A stretch of 64,000 nucleotides of DNA from Nitrospirota bacterium (GCA_963790205.1 CAWBNQ010000001.1:544001-608000); one strand, 5' to 3'; positions 29,590 through 44,869 are shown, counted from the first letter of the stretch. Notes: a model not told the origin generated them from the letters alone. Numbers and translations: made by a program.

Positions 29590-30285
29590 TTGATAACCGC
29601 TCAACAACCATTGCCTTCGAACTTTTTTCCCGTCCCCGCCGTTCTGTTGCTCGGCCCTACCGGCGTCGGAAAAAGCCCGCTCGGCGATGCGATCGCGCGA
29701 AACGGCCTGTTCGGCCGACGATGCCATCACCTTGATTTCGGGTTGGAATTGAGGGGCGCTGTTTCGCGTGCAGATCTGTCTTCTGCCTACTCGTCGAAAG
29801 AACTCCATTTCATTCACGGCGTGCTCGAACAAGGACTCTTGCTCGAAAATGAACACTTTCCGCTTGCCGAAAAGATATTCGGTCTGTTCCTAGACCGGGC
29901 AGGATTTGCCTCCCTTGATCTGCTTATTCTGAACGGCATCCCCCGCCACACGGGCCAGTCAAAAGATATCGCGAGCATTGCCCGGATTCATGCTCTCATT
30001 GTCCTTGATTGCACCGCGGATGACGTGTTCCATCGCATCCGGGACAATGTCGGGGGGGACAGGGTGGAACGACTTGACGATGATAAGAAGTTAATAGCAA
30101 AAAAATTGGAAATATTCAGGGAAAGAACTGCGCCGCTTGTCGATTACTATTCACAAGACGACTGTCGTATCTATCGAGTGAACGTATCGGCTACGACGAC
30201 CACGGAACAAGCGTATCAAAGCTTGTCATCGCTTGCCGCCGCTCACCCACCAGTCTCCCTTGTCGCTGAACCACCACAGCGATGA
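29590..30285 (+). CDS. adenylate-kinase-like nucleoside monophosphate kinase
   Basis: P-loop GPTGVGKS, DFGLELR, LNGIPR, R.DD, TAPLVDYY. Confidence 0.75.
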   Translation: MITAQQPLPSNFFPVPAVLLLGPTGVGKSPLGDAIARNGLFGRRCHHLDFGLELRGAVSRADLSSAYSSKELHFIHGVLEQGLLLENEHFPLAEKIFGLFLDRAGFASLDLLILNGIPRHTGQSKDIASIARIHALIVLDCTADDVFHRIRDNVGGDRVERLDDDKKLIAKKLEIFRERTAPLVDYYSQDDCRIYRVNVSATTTTEQAYQSLSSLAAAHPPVSLVAEPPQR

Positions 30286-30801
30286 ATCTGTGTCCAGGAT
30301 TGTCTTTGCCAGTTCCCGCGCCGCGTCCGTTTGAAGCCGTTTCAGGGAGAATTCAAGCCATTCGTCGGCATACTTGTTGCCGAGGTCCTTGTATTCCTTG
30401 AGCGCAAGGATGAATTCCAGTTGGTCCGCATCGCGCGCTAATCGTGCTTCCTCGGTTTCGCCTTGGCTGAACTCCAGAATCAATTCCTTAATCTCATTGC
30501 CGAAGGGCAGTGTTTGCGCCAGGTCTTCGACCGCCCTTTTCTCATTCGCTTCCACGTACTTTTTATTCACGTAATTGAGATCGCCGGTCCGCGCCTCCGG
30601 CAGATCGTGGAACAGGCACATTTTGATCAACCGGTCAACATCGATATTTTTTCCCAGTCTGCCGAGTGCATATCCGATGCACGTGGTCCGGAAGATATGT
30701 TCCGCAACCGACTCCGCCCCGGAGCCGAGAAACTGAAACCCGCTTCGCGGCGTGCGCTTGAGCATTCCCGTTTCAAATAAAAAATTAGCGATGTTTTTCA
30801 T
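30226..30801 (-). CDS. HD-domain hydrolase (YfbR/HDDC2-like 5'-deoxynucleotidase)
   Basis: LKRTPRSG...ESVAEH...FHDLPEARTGD...DADQLE. Confidence 0.88.
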   Translation of the reverse strand: MKNIANFLFETGMLKRTPRSGFQFLGSGAESVAEHIFRTTCIGYALGRLGKNIDVDRLIKMCLFHDLPEARTGDLNYVNKKYVEANEKRAVEDLAQTLPFGNEIKELILEFSQGETEEARLARDADQLEFILALKEYKDLGNKYADEWLEFSLKRLQTDAARELAKTILDTDSSLWWFSDKGDWWVSGGKR

Positions 30802-30899
30802 AACAGGGCTTTATACCACGAATTCCAGTATCTGTAAATATTATCTTGAAAAGTGATCATTAATGAGGAGATCCTTGAGAAACACCAGGATTGTAATGA

Positions 30900-31145
30900 T
30901 GATAAAAAAAGAGGTTGTTCCACAGTTTTGTTTTGCTTTAATTACTATTAATATATATAAATAAAATTAGTAGCAGTAGTAGTAAGCAATGTGAATATGT
31001 TGGAACCGCAAAGAAGACCTTGAAAAGGAACGAAAAAAAAGAATAGATAAACTGTCGGTTTGCTTGTGCGCGAAAACGGGGCGCCCTGTTAATATCCGGG
31101 AACTCCTCGTTTTACACACTTTATGAAACAGGAGTTCACAGGGAG
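30900..31145. other. probable chromosomal replication origin (oriC)
   Basis: AT-rich DUE (about 30938-30968), trinucleotide run TAG TAG CAG TAG TAG TAA (30968-30985), then DnaA-box-like TGTGAATAT/TGTTGGAAC (30990-31006); further degenerate boxes, e.g. TGTTCCACA 30916-30924. Confidence 0.7.
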
Positions 31146-31151
31146 TTGTTA

Positions 31152-31505
31152 TTAACCCGGAGGCCAGGAAAAATGACGGCCCGACAGGACATGGAGATGA
31201 ATGTGAAATACGGTCTGCCCGGCGCCGGCGCCGTTGTTGATGACCATCCGGTATCCCTTCGAGTCCAGCCCCCTGTCCTCAGCAATTTTTCTTGCAGTCA
31301 GGAAAAGATGGCCGATCAGGTCTCTGTCGGATTCGGTCATGCTATGAATGTCGGGAATATGTTTTTTTGGAACGATGAGAGTGTGGACGGGCGCCTGCGG
31401 GTTCACATCCTCGAAGGCGGTCACGAGATCATCTTCGTAAACGATTTTGGAAGGGATTTTTTTCGCGATGATCCTGCAGAAAATGCAGCCTGGATCGGAG
31501 CTCAC
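31152..31505 (-). CDS. hinT: HIT-family nucleotide-binding protein (HinT-like)
   Basis: [17 protein letters not shown]. Confidence 0.92.
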   Translation of the reverse strand: MSSDPGCIFCRIIAKKIPSKIVYEDDLVTAFEDVNPQAPVHTLIVPKKHIPDIHSMTESDRDLIGHLFLTARKIAEDRGLDSKGYRMVINNGAGAGQTVFHIHLHVLSGRHFSWPPG

Positions 31506-31852
31506 TTGCTCCCCCCCCTTTTTTTTTCAGAAAAGCTTCTGAAGAAGCAGCTCCGCTCTCCGGTGTGGCATGCGGACCCCGTCTGCTCCACCTTGACCAG
31601 AAGCGTGTCCTGATCGCAATCGTAGAGGATGTCCTTGACGCGCTGGACATGGCCCGACGTTTCCCCCTTCTGCCAGAACTTCTGGCGTGACCGGCTCCAG
31701 AACCAGGTGAGGCCCGTATCGACTGTTCTACGCACGGACTCCGCGTTCATGTATGCGACCATCAACACCTCACCGCTCCGCCAGTCCTGGACGACGGCGG
31801 GTATCAGGCCTTTTTCATCGAATTTCAAGTTTTCGGGAATCTTCATATTCAT
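31502..31852 (-). CDS. hisI: phosphoribosyl-AMP cyclohydrolase
   Basis: [17 protein letters not shown]...DCDQD...[10 protein letters not shown]. Confidence 0.95.
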   Translation of the reverse strand: MNMKIPENLKFDEKGLIPAVVQDWRSGEVLMVAYMNAESVRRTVDTGLTWFWSRSRQKFWQKGETSGHVQRVKDILYDCDQDTLLVKVEQTGSACHTGERSCFFRSFSEKKRGGSK

Positions 31853-31907
31853 GAAAGTTTTTTATCATAAATCGGGGAAAATGTCCAGAGGAGAGGGCGC
31901 CGTAAAT

Positions 31908-31941
31908 AAAAAACCGGTTCTCTGAACAGAACCGGTTTTTG
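31908..31941. terminator. bidirectional intrinsic terminator
   Basis: AAAAAACCGGTTCT-ctgaac-AGAACCGGTTTTT. Confidence 0.75.
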
Positions 31942-31970
31942 TGATATTCGCAGGTTGAGCCATACGCAGC

Positions 31971-32444
31971 TTAAATGAAAAGATTGATCTGAGAATCAGC
32001 CGCCACATCCAGCCACGTGGCAGCGCCGCCGAACTCAACGCCGTCGATGATGTTTTCCTGCTTGACGCCCATCACGTCCATGGTCATCTGACAGGCGATG
32101 AGCTTCACGCCGCTTTCCTTGGCAAGCTCAAGCAGCTGGCCGATCGTCGCAACGCCGTGCTTTTTGAACATGGACTTCATCATGGCACCGGCAAAAGCCT
32201 GCATGCCCGGCAACGCTGCAACGAGCGCTGGAACAGGCACCGGCATGGGCATGGCGGGATTTCCCAGGGGGGAGATTTTAAGACTGTCCGCGTTCCCTTT
32301 TTTAATCAGCTCAAGCCCGTAGAATGTAAAAAATATGGTCACGTCAAAGTCCATGGCTGCGGCCGTGGTGGCAAGGATCAGAGGAGGATAAGCCATGTCC
32401 AAGGCGCCCTTGGACGCGATAATCGTCATTTTTTTCTGTGCCAT
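31971..32444 (-). CDS. DsrE2/DrsE-like sulfur-relay protein
   Basis: SKGALDMAYPPLILA...FFTFYGL...IACQMTMDVMG. Confidence 0.9.
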   Translation of the reverse strand: MAQKKMTIIASKGALDMAYPPLILATTAAAMDFDVTIFFTFYGLELIKKGNADSLKISPLGNPAMPMPVPVPALVAALPGMQAFAGAMMKSMFKKHGVATIGQLLELAKESGVKLIACQMTMDVMGVKQENIIDGVEFGGAATWLDVAADSQINLFI

Positions 32445-32459
32445 TGCGGATGATCTCCT

Positions 32460-32702
32460 TTATGCGGTCTTTTTAATGTAAAACGTGAACGTTCCCGAGC
32501 TTTCCTCCACACTCAAAATCTCATTCCCCGTTCTCTTTGCCCAGGACGCCATATCGTTCTTAGACCCCGGGTCCGTTGTTAAGACTTTTAAAACCTGGTC
32601 CTTTGCAAGCGCTTCCACGGCCTTCTTGGTTTTCAAAATCGGCAGCGGGCAGCTTAATCCCTTTGCATCGAGTGTCTGGTCCACCTTAATATCCACTGGC
32701 AT
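32460..32702 (-). CDS. tusA: TusA-family sulfurtransferase
   Basis: LDAKGLSCPLPIL...TDPGS. Confidence 0.9.
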   Translation of the reverse strand: MPVDIKVDQTLDAKGLSCPLPILKTKKAVEALAKDQVLKVLTTDPGSKNDMASWAKRTGNEILSVEESSGTFTFYIKKTA

Positions 32703-33179
32703 GTTCGTTGACCTCCTCTTAAAAATATAATTAATATTATTTTTTATTGATGCGTTCATCCAGAAACACGTGTTTTATTATATCTCATGCATAGTTTCAA
32801 AGTCAAGCAATTTTTAAACTGGCTCGTGGGTGAGGTTGTCGCTTGCGGCGCCTCCCGGCGCAAAATTTGGTTTTGTAACTACTGAAAAAAAAGCACTACC
32901 AGGCCGCGAAGCGCGCTTAAAAAAGCACGAGATATCGATATGTGCTGTTGGTTGCCGGCGGAGAAAAATACCTTGCCAGAGAGTCAGCGTTCTGGTATAG
33001 TCTAGCCTCGCTGGCATGAGATTCATGGCAACATCCCGCTTAATACTGAAATTTTGCAAGATGCGTGCTAGGCACAATCCGCCAGTGTCACAGAAAATCG
33101 CGCAAAACAAGGCTTCAAAAAGCGGACAATAAGCCTCCGTACGAGAACAAAACAGCCTGAAAACAATAGAATAAATTGG

Positions 33180-33199
33180 TTGTTCACACCTGTGGACAA
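33180..33199. promoter_or_regulatory. pair of inverted DnaA-box-like sites upstream of dnaA (autoregulation)
   Basis: TTGTTCACA (33180-88) and TGTGGACAA (33191-99). Confidence 0.6.
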
Positions 33200-33235
33200 G
33201 CATGTTTGTAACCAAGGCTGTTTTTTGGGGTTTTT

Positions 33236-34567
33236 ATGGATCAGGAACGGGTTTGGGAAGAAATACTGCTGCTGATAGAAAACCGAATGTCTAAGCAGGG
33301 TTATGACACCTGGTTCAGCCAATCAAAGCTCATGTCTCTTGACGGCAGCAAGCTCGTTATAGAGGTGCCGAGCAAATTTCACCGGGACTGGATCAAAGAG
33401 CATCACTGGACCACACTCACCGATGTGATCAAGGAAGTAACAAAAAGAAACGACATGGAAATAGATTTTTTCGTCCAGCCCCAGCAGCAGCCGAAAAAGT
33501 CGGCCCGCACCGTGAAAGAGGATAAAAAAGAGGGGCGAGAGGAGAAGTTCGGCCTCTTCGAGAGGAAATATACGTTCAACAACTTCGTGGTGGGGCCGAG
33601 CAACCAGTTCGCGCATGCCGCGGCCAAGGCCGTTGCTGATGCGCCGGGACGGTCATATAACCCGCTGTTTATCTACAGCGGCGTGGGCCTGGGCAAGACC
33701 CATCTTGTCAACGCCATCGGTCACCACATCCAGAGCAAGTCGCCGCGGACCAGGGTCGCGTATCTTTCTTCAGAACAGTTCACGAACGAGCTCATCAACC
33801 GCATGACCCACCAGCGCATGGAGGAATTCCGCCAGAAATACCGAAACATGGACGTGCTGCTGATCGACGACATACAGTTTATCGCGGGCAAGGAGCGGAC
33901 GCAGGAAGAGTTCTTTCATACGTTCAATGCCCTCTACGAGGCACAGAAGCAGATCGTGCTCACGAGCGACCGTCAGCCCAAGGAGATCCCGGACATCGAA
34001 GAACGGCTCCGTTCCCGGTTCGAGTGCGGGCTTATTTCGGACATTCAGCCGCCGGACCTGGAAACAAGAATCGCGATCCTTAAGAAAAAAGCGGACTTCT
34101 GGGGGATCCGCCTGCCCGATGACGTGGCGGAATTTCTTGCCTCGATGATGAAAAACAATATCAGGGAGCTCGAAGGCGGCCTCGTCAAGCTTGGAGCGGT
34201 TTCGTCTCTCACGAATACGGAGATAACCCAGGAACTTGCCCAGAGCGAACTCAAATATCTTCTTGATAATCGGGAAAAGGTCATCACCAACGAACTCGTG
34301 CAAAAGGTCGTGGCCGAGGCCTTCGGTGTTAAAATTTCGGACTTGAAATCAAAACGTCGCACCAGAGCGGTGGTGTTGCCACGGCAAGTGGCCATGTACC
34401 TTTGCAGAAATCATGCTGGTTCGTCGCTCCCGGAGATAGGAAATTTCTTTGGCGGCAAGGACCACAGCACGGTCATCCATGCCTGTAAAGTGATCGAAGA
34501 AAAGAAGGAAAAGGACCCTGAGCTTCGGGCCAGGATAGAGATGTTAATTAAGCAGTTAAGATATTGA
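33236..34567 (+). CDS. dnaA: chromosomal replication initiator
   Basis: YNPLFIYSGVGLGKTHL, LLIDDIQF, GGKDHSTVIHA. Confidence 0.99.
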   Translation: MDQERVWEEILLLIENRMSKQGYDTWFSQSKLMSLDGSKLVIEVPSKFHRDWIKEHHWTTLTDVIKEVTKRNDMEIDFFVQPQQQPKKSARTVKEDKKEGREEKFGLFERKYTFNNFVVGPSNQFAHAAAKAVADAPGRSYNPLFIYSGVGLGKTHLVNAIGHHIQSKSPRTRVAYLSSEQFTNELINRMTHQRMEEFRQKYRNMDVLLIDDIQFIAGKERTQEEFFHTFNALYEAQKQIVLTSDRQPKEIPDIEERLRSRFECGLISDIQPPDLETRIAILKKKADFWGIRLPDDVAEFLASMMKNNIRELEGGLVKLGAVSSLTNTEITQELAQSELKYLLDNREKVITNELVQKVVAEAFGVKISDLKSKRRTRAVVLPRQVAMYLCRNHAGSSLPEIGNFFGGKDHSTVIHACKVIEEKKEKDPELRARIEMLIKQLRY

Positions 34568-34654
34568 TTGTAAATGATAAATAAGGATAAAAACTTATTG
34601 CTATTTGGCATCGATTCTGCTAGTATTCTTCCACGTGACAGGAGGCTTCCCTAG

Positions 34655-35770
34655 ATGAAACTGACGATCAAGAAAGAGGAAATCCTGAAGGGGTTGCAGA
34701 GAATCCAGGGCGTTGTGGAGAAGAAGAACACCATGCCCATTCTCTCGAACATGCTTCTTACTGCCGACGGCAAGGGTGTGGAGATCGTTGCCACGGACCT
34801 CGAGATTGGCTTGCGCGGCCGCTATGCGGCGGAGGTTGAGAAACCCGGCGCCGTTACGGTGTCGGCGAAGAAAATGTACGAGATCGTGCGCGAGCTGCCG
34901 GCGGAAGATATTCAGATCAACGTGGAAGACGGCAACTGGGTCAAGATCGTATCGGGCCAGTCGCAGTTCAAGCTCGTGGCGCTTCCCAAAGACGAGTTTC
35001 CCGCGCTTCCCGATGTGGCCGAAGACGGCATGATCGCCATTGAAGGAGAGACGCTCCGGGAGATGATCAAAAAGACGCTTTATTCCGTGGGAGAGAACGA
35101 CGCGCGCTACGTGCTGAACGGCCTGTTCGTCCACATGTCGCCCGCCAAGAACGGTCTCAACATCCGTATGGTCGGCACCGACGGCCATCGTTTGTCCATG
35201 ATTGACCGGGTGATCGATGCGAAACACAAAGAAGAAAGCATGATCATCCCCAAGAAGGCGATGATGGAACTCCGGCGGCTCCTCGAGGAGGACTCGTCCA
35301 CGGCCGAGCTGCGGCTCGGGTTCAGCAAGAACCACGCTCTGTTCAAACGCGACGGGCTGGTCATGGTGTCGAAGCTCATCGACGGCAACTATCCCAACTA
35401 TCTCCAGGTAGTGCCCGCGAAGAGCACGAAGAAGGTCGCGGTGTCCAAGGACGTGTTCACCCATGCGGTGAAGCGCGTCTCCATCCTGTCCAAGGAAAAG
35501 ACCAACGCCGTAAAGCTGCAGCTCGAAAAAGACAGGCTTGTTCTCTCTACCAACAACCCGGAGGTGGGCGAGGCGAGTGAAGAGCTGTCCGTGGACTACA
35601 AGGGTGAGGAGATCACCATCGGATTCAACTCGCGCTACCTCATGGACGTGCTGACGGCCATGGACCGGGCGAACATTGCCCTTGAGCTGAGCGACGCCTT
35701 AAGCCCCTGCCTGATCACTGAAGAAGGCGACGATCACTACAAATGCGTTGTGATGCCCATGAGGGTGTGA
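34655..35770 (+). CDS. dnaN: DNA polymerase III beta clamp
   Basis: ATDLEIG, TDGHRL, VVMPMR. Confidence 0.99.
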   Translation: MKLTIKKEEILKGLQRIQGVVEKKNTMPILSNMLLTADGKGVEIVATDLEIGLRGRYAAEVEKPGAVTVSAKKMYEIVRELPAEDIQINVEDGNWVKIVSGQSQFKLVALPKDEFPALPDVAEDGMIAIEGETLREMIKKTLYSVGENDARYVLNGLFVHMSPAKNGLNIRMVGTDGHRLSMIDRVIDAKHKEESMIIPKKAMMELRRLLEEDSSTAELRLGFSKNHALFKRDGLVMVSKLIDGNYPNYLQVVPAKSTKKVAVSKDVFTHAVKRVSILSKEKTNAVKLQLEKDRLVLSTNNPEVGEASEELSVDYKGEEITIGFNSRYLMDVLTAMDRANIALELSDALSPCLITEEGDDHYKCVVMPMRV

Positions 35771-35813
35771 GAAAGTCAATCTCGAATTTCTAAGCCCGAA
35801 ATCCTAACGATAA

Positions 35814-38330
<2,517 letters not shown>

Positions 38331-38427
38331 ACGTGCGGATTGCGCCCTGCTCTCGCCAGGCACCCGTAAACGCTGGGTGCAGGCGGAGTGCGAAATAAAT
38401 TAAAACCGCAGAAAGAAAAAGAGCTAG

Positions 38428-40918
38428 ATGGAACCACAGGAAATAAAATCGCAGATCAACATCGAGCAGGAGATGAAGACCTCTTACCTCGATTACTCCA
38501 TGAGCGTGATCGTGGGGCGGGCGCTTCCGGATGTGCGCGACGGGCTGAAGCCTGTGCACCGGCGCATCCTCTACGCCATGTTCCGGGAAGGGCTCCTGCA
38601 TAATAAAAAATATTCCAAGAGCGCCGGCGTGGTCGGCGAAGTGCTGAAGAAATATCATCCTCATGGCGACAGCGCGGTTTATGATACCATGGTCAGGATG
38701 GCCCAGGACTTCAACATGCGCTACCCCCTTGTCGACGGCCAGGGAAACTTCGGGTCAGTGGACGGCGATCCGGCCGCAGCCTACCGGTATACGGAAGCCA
38801 GGCTCACGAAATTGGCGGAAGAGCTGCTTGCGGACATCGACAAGGAGACCGTGGATTTCGTCCCGAACTTCGACGACACGACGGTCGAGCCGTCCGTGCT
38901 GCCGACGCGCGTGCCGAACCTCCTGATCAACGGTTCCGCCGGCATCGCCGTGGGCATGGCCACGAATATCCCGCCGCATAATCTGTCCGAAGTCGTTGAC
39001 GGGCTCATCCTGATGATCGATAATCCCGAGGTCTCGATCCAGGAGCTCATGGCCGTGATCAAGGGGCCCGACTTCCCGACAGCCGGTTTCATCCACGGTT
39101 ATGAAGGGATCAAGCAGGCTTATCTCACTGGCCGGGGCATCATCCAGATGCGGGCCCGGGCCGTGATCGAGGAAGGGAAGGGAGACCGCGAGAGCATCAT
39201 CGTGACCGAGCTCCCCTACCAGGTGAACAAGGCGAGGCTCTTGGAGCGGATCGCCGAACTCGTGCAGGAGAAAAAGATCACCGGCATCTCCGAGATCCGC
39301 GATGAATCGGACCGCGAAGGCATGCGCATCGCGATCGATCTCAAAAAGGGCGAGATCTCGACCATGATCCTGAACCAGCTTTACAAGCACACGGCCATGC
39401 AGTCCACCTTCGGCGTGATCATGCTGGCGCTCGTGAACAACCAGCCGCGGGTGCTCAATCTTCGAAAACTCCTGTCCAACTTCATTCAGCATCGCAGAGA
39501 AGTCGTCGTGCGCAGGACCAAGTTCGACCTCAGGAAAGCGGAGGAGCGCGCCCATATTCTCCTCGGCCTCAAGATCGCTCTCGATAACCTCGACGCCGTG
39601 ATCGCGCTCATCAAGGCATCGGCAAATCCGGACGAGGCAAAGACCGGCTTAGTGCGTGAATTCAAGCTCTCCGAGATACAGGCCCAGGCCATCCTCGATA
39701 TGCGTCTCCAGCGACTCACCGGTCTTGAGCGCGACAAGATCATCGCTGAATATGAAGAAGTGTTGAAGGAGATCGCACGTCTGAACGAAATCCTGGCGTC
39801 GGACGCGCTTGTCATGAAGATCATCAGGGACGAGCTTCTCGCCGTCAAGCAGGAGTATGGCGATCCTCGACGGACCGAGATCGTGGCCCAGGCCTCGGAG
39901 ATCGACATCGAGGACCTCATCAAAGATGAAGACATGGTCATAACGATCTCCCACGCCGGCTATATCAAACGCAATCCACTCACTACGTACCGGGCGCAAA
40001 AACGCGGAGGCAAGGGCAAAATCGGCATGGAGACCAAGGAAGAGGATTTCGTGGAGCGGCTCTTCACGGCCACGGCGCACAGCTACATCCTCTTCTTTAC
40101 GAACAAGGGGAGAGTGTACTGGCTCAAGGTGCACCAGATCCCCGAGGCGAGCAGCCAGGCAAAGGGCAAAGCGATCGTGAATCTGATCCAGATCAGCCAG
40201 GACGAGCGCGTCACGGCGGCCCTCCCGGTTCGCGAGTTTACGCCGGGACACTTTATCCTGATGGCGACAAAGAAGGGCATCGTTAAAAAGACTGAGCTCG
40301 AATCGTACAGCCATCCGCGGCCGTCGGGCATCATCGCGATTACCCTCGAAGAGGGTGACGAGCTCATCTCGGCGGAGGTGACCGACGGCAAGCGCGATGT
40401 GTTCCTCGGCTCCCGTGACGGACTCTCGATCCGGTTCTCCGAAACCGACGTGCGCGAGATCGGCCGCACGGGCAAGGGCGTGATCGGCATCCGTCTCGAA
40501 GAAGGCAACGGGGTCGTGGGCATGGAGATCGTGCGCGACGACTCGACGATCCTGACCGTGACCGAGAACGGTTACGGCAAACGGAGCACGCTCGAAGACT
40601 ACCGGAGCCAGGGGCGCGGCGGCAAGGGCATCATCACGATCAAGATCACGGAGAAGAACGGCAAAGTGATCGGCATGGCCCAGGTGTCTGCGGACGACGA
40701 GATCATCCTCATCACCTCGAACGGCAAGGTGCTGCGTATCCGGGCCGAAGGATATTTCCGTCCAGGGCAGAAACACCCAGGGCGTACGTCTCTTCGATAT
40801 CGACGGGGGAGACAAAGTGGTCAGCTTTGCCAAGGTGGTGGAGCGTGAGGAAGAGAAAGAACCGGCGGAGAAAAGCACCCCGGAACCTTCTCCCGGGCAG
40901 GATACCGGAGTATCATGA
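38428..40918 (+). CDS. gyrA: DNA gyrase subunit A (apparent extra base near 40746)
   Basis: [22 protein letters not shown], GyrA-box QKRGGKG; the last blade [15 protein letters not shown] continues in the shifted frame to TGA 40918. Confidence 0.97.
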
Positions 40919-41704
40919 AGAAGCTGCTGATCGTTCTCCTGCTTGGAATCACTTTAGCAGGATGCGACGTCTTCGATAAGACCGCAATCAACGAGTACGA
41001 GGCGGCAACCAAGTAGCTGGAATGCCGGTGACTACCCGACTGCGGTCAGAATGTATTTTTCAATCGCCAAGGATCATCCCTACAGCTCGCGGGCGGATGA
41101 TGCGCTCTACTGGGCGGGCGTGACCCAGTTTCTCTACCTGGGCCAGACCGAGAAGGCCCTGCAGACGCTGCAGTTACTGCTAAAACGATACCCGCACCGC
41201 GACATGGCGCCCCAGGCCCAGTGGTATATCGCCCAGATTTATGAGCTCGGCTACAGCGATTACGCACGGGCCATCGAGGAATACCGCAAGGCTGCCGCAT
41301 ATTCGGACCGAGAGGTGAGGGAAAAAAGCTTGTACAGTCTTGCCGATTGTCTGTTCCGGACCGGCAAGGTCGACGAGGCAAAGGACGTCTGGACCCGCCA
41401 GGTAACGGAGTTCCCGAACGGGCCGAATGTCAGGCTTGGCTATTACCGGCTCGGCACCGCGGCTTTCTCCAAGGGCGAGCTCGACAAGGCCGAAGCCTTT
41501 TACCGGAAAACGCTCGAAAACAACGCGGACCACGAGCTCGTCGTGAAGGCCAAATTTGCCCTCGCAGGCTGTCTCGAGGCAGGCGATAATCTGACGGAGG
41601 CGCTCAAGCTCTATAAGGAGATCGAGCCCGCATATTCAAACAAAGAAGCCATTCAGATCAAGATCAAAGCGCTCGAGACCAGGATCATCAAGAAAAGTTA
41701 TTGA
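40915..41704 (+). CDS. TPR-repeat lipoprotein (frameshift near 41014)
   Basis: [17 protein letters not shown] lipobox from ATG 40915 joins the TPR ORF 41051..41704 if one base is removed. Confidence 0.8.
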
Positions 41705-41731
41705 CAACGTACAAGGAGAATGATACTTTAA

Positions 41732-43027
<1,296 letters not shown>

Positions 43028-43050
43028 ACGGTTTAAACCGTCAAAAGAAT

Positions 43051-43136
<86 letters not shown>

Positions 43137-43204
43137 TACAATTAAATAAATAACTGTTTAAACGTTTGAACGGTTCAAACTGTTTAAACCGCGTCAAAAA
43201 AAAC

Positions 43205-43294
43205 GGAGAGGTGGCCGAGCGGCTGAAGGCAGCTGCCTGCTAAGCAGTTGTGGGGGTAACTCCACCCCGGGTTCGAATCCCGGCCTCTCCGCCA
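43205..43294 (+). tRNA. tRNA-Ser(GCT)
   Basis: Anticodon loop CTGCTAA; long variable arm; CCA. Confidence 0.95.
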
Positions 43295-43396
43295 GTTTAA
43301 TGAAAAAAATGCCCCAGGTACTCGGGTACTGCAGTAATGTAGTTATCGAAAGCCAGCCGGCTTGAATCCATGAATTTTTTAAGGAGGAAGCTTACA

Positions 43397-43918
43397 ATGC
43401 AGAAGAAGATCGTCGCAGTACTCGTAGTGTTGGTTCTTGCCGTTGCTTTCGGAGCGTGCAAGAAAAAAGAAGAGCAACCGTTAATGCCGCCGGCACATCC
43501 GGGCATGGAAGGCGGAATGCCTCCTGCCGGCATGCAGACTATGCCCAATGTGCCCAAGGTGGAACGGACGGTCGTTGTTTCGAAGGAAGTTGCTGCAAAG
43601 TGGAAGGCCGTTAAGCTTGCCGTTGCGGACAAGACCGCCAAGACGACTAAAGAGTATACGGTCAATGTCGGTTCGGAGTTGGCCATTCCCAATACGAAGA
43701 TGAGCGTGAAAGTGCTCAACTTTCTGCCGGACTTCAAGATGTCTGATAAGGAGTTTTACTCCTCGTCTGACAAGCCGAACATGCCCGCCGCACAGGTGGT
43801 CGTCAGCGAGAACGGCAAGGAGATCTGGAGCAATTGGCTGTTTTCCCTGCAGCCCGGCATCCACCCGTTCCAGCACGAGAGAATCGGTATCGTTCTCATC
43901 GGCGGCGTTTCAAAATAA
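43397..43918 (+). CDS. lipoprotein, DUF2155-like
   Basis: Lipobox FGAC; C-terminal N.PAAQV...WLFSLQPGIHPFQHE. Confidence 0.7.
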   Translation: MQKKIVAVLVVLVLAVAFGACKKKEEQPLMPPAHPGMEGGMPPAGMQTMPNVPKVERTVVVSKEVAAKWKAVKLAVADKTAKTTKEYTVNVGSELAIPNTKMSVKVLNFLPDFKMSDKEFYSSSDKPNMPAAQVVVSENGKEIWSNWLFSLQPGIHPFQHERIGIVLIGGVSK

Positions 43919-43992
43919 TCGCCGCTTTGGCCGTGTGAAAAAAGGCACAGCTGCGCAAACGCTAACCAGATTTACCCGAGAGTTTTTTATGA

Positions 43993-44069
43993 GCGCCCAT
44001 AGCTCAGCTGGATAGAGCAACGGACTACGAATCCGTAGGCCAGAGGTTCGAATCCTCTTGGGCGCACCA
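43993..44069 (+). tRNA. tRNA-Arg(ACG)
   Basis: Anticodon loop CTACGAA; TTCGAAT; CCA. Confidence 0.95.
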
Positions 44070-44211
44070 TTATGCCATAATCATCGCTGAGAACGCGGGG
44101 CGTTCTGAAGATCGTTTCGGGTTTTTAGCTTCGGGCTCGGGTTAATAAAAAACCTCGACCAGGAAACTACAAGCTGCTGTTTCTGCGCGATCTCTGCGAC
44201 AAATAGTTTTT

Positions 44212-44721
44212 ATGAATTATAGGGCGCACAAAACCGATGATGATTTCATGCGACTAGCCCTTGCCGAGGCCGAAAAGGCGGCGGCCTGTGGCGAGACGCC
44301 GGTCGGCGCCGTGCTTGTTATCGGCGGTGAGGTTATCGCCGCAGCGCACAACATGCGCGAAACCTGGCAGGACCCAACAGCCCACGCCGAGCTGCTCGTC
44401 GTGCGCGAGGCTTCAGCGCGCCTCGGCACCTGGCGGCTGCAGGATGCCGTGCTCTATGTGACCCTCGAACCATGTCTTATGTGTGCCGGTGCTTTAGTGC
44501 TTGCACGGGTCAGCCGGCTTGTGTATGGCTGCCGCGACCCGAAGGCCGGCGCGCTCGGCTCGGTCTATGATGTGGTCCGCGACGGCAGGCTGAATCATAC
44601 TGTTCGAATAACTCCGGGTATCGTTGAAACAGAGTGCCGTGCGGTGCTCCAGGAGTTTTTTGGGAAACTGCGGCAGAAAGAGGGCCACAGAAGTCTCTCG
44701 AGTTCGGAGTCTAACGGGTAA
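44212..44721 (+). CDS. tadA: tRNA adenosine(34) deaminase
   Basis: DPTAHAE, TLEPCLMCAGA, DPKAGA. Confidence 0.95.
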   Translation: MNYRAHKTDDDFMRLALAEAEKAAACGETPVGAVLVIGGEVIAAAHNMRETWQDPTAHAELLVVREASARLGTWRLQDAVLYVTLEPCLMCAGALVLARVSRLVYGCRDPKAGALGSVYDVVRDGRLNHTVRITPGIVETECRAVLQEFFGKLRQKEGHRSLSSSESNG

Positions 44722-44779
44722 TGGAAATAACGACGCTGCAGACACGACGGACTCAAAAAACTCAGTAGACCAGAATTTC

Positions 44780-44869
44780 GGAGAGGTGGCCGAGTGGTTG
44801 AAGGCGGCAGTCTCGAAAACTGTTGTGGGGGTAACTCCACCGGGGGTTCAAATCCCCCCCTCTCCGCCA
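44780..44869 (+). tRNA. tRNA-Ser(CGA)
   Basis: Anticodon loop CTCGAAA; long variable arm; CCA. Confidence 0.95.

Noticed and set aside
34598..34626. Sigma54 promoter for dnaN (TGGCATCGATTCTGC)
   Set aside because: The spacing fits, but the same bases form a good sigma70 promoter (TTGCTA-N17-TAGTAT with extended -10), which is more plausible for dnaN.
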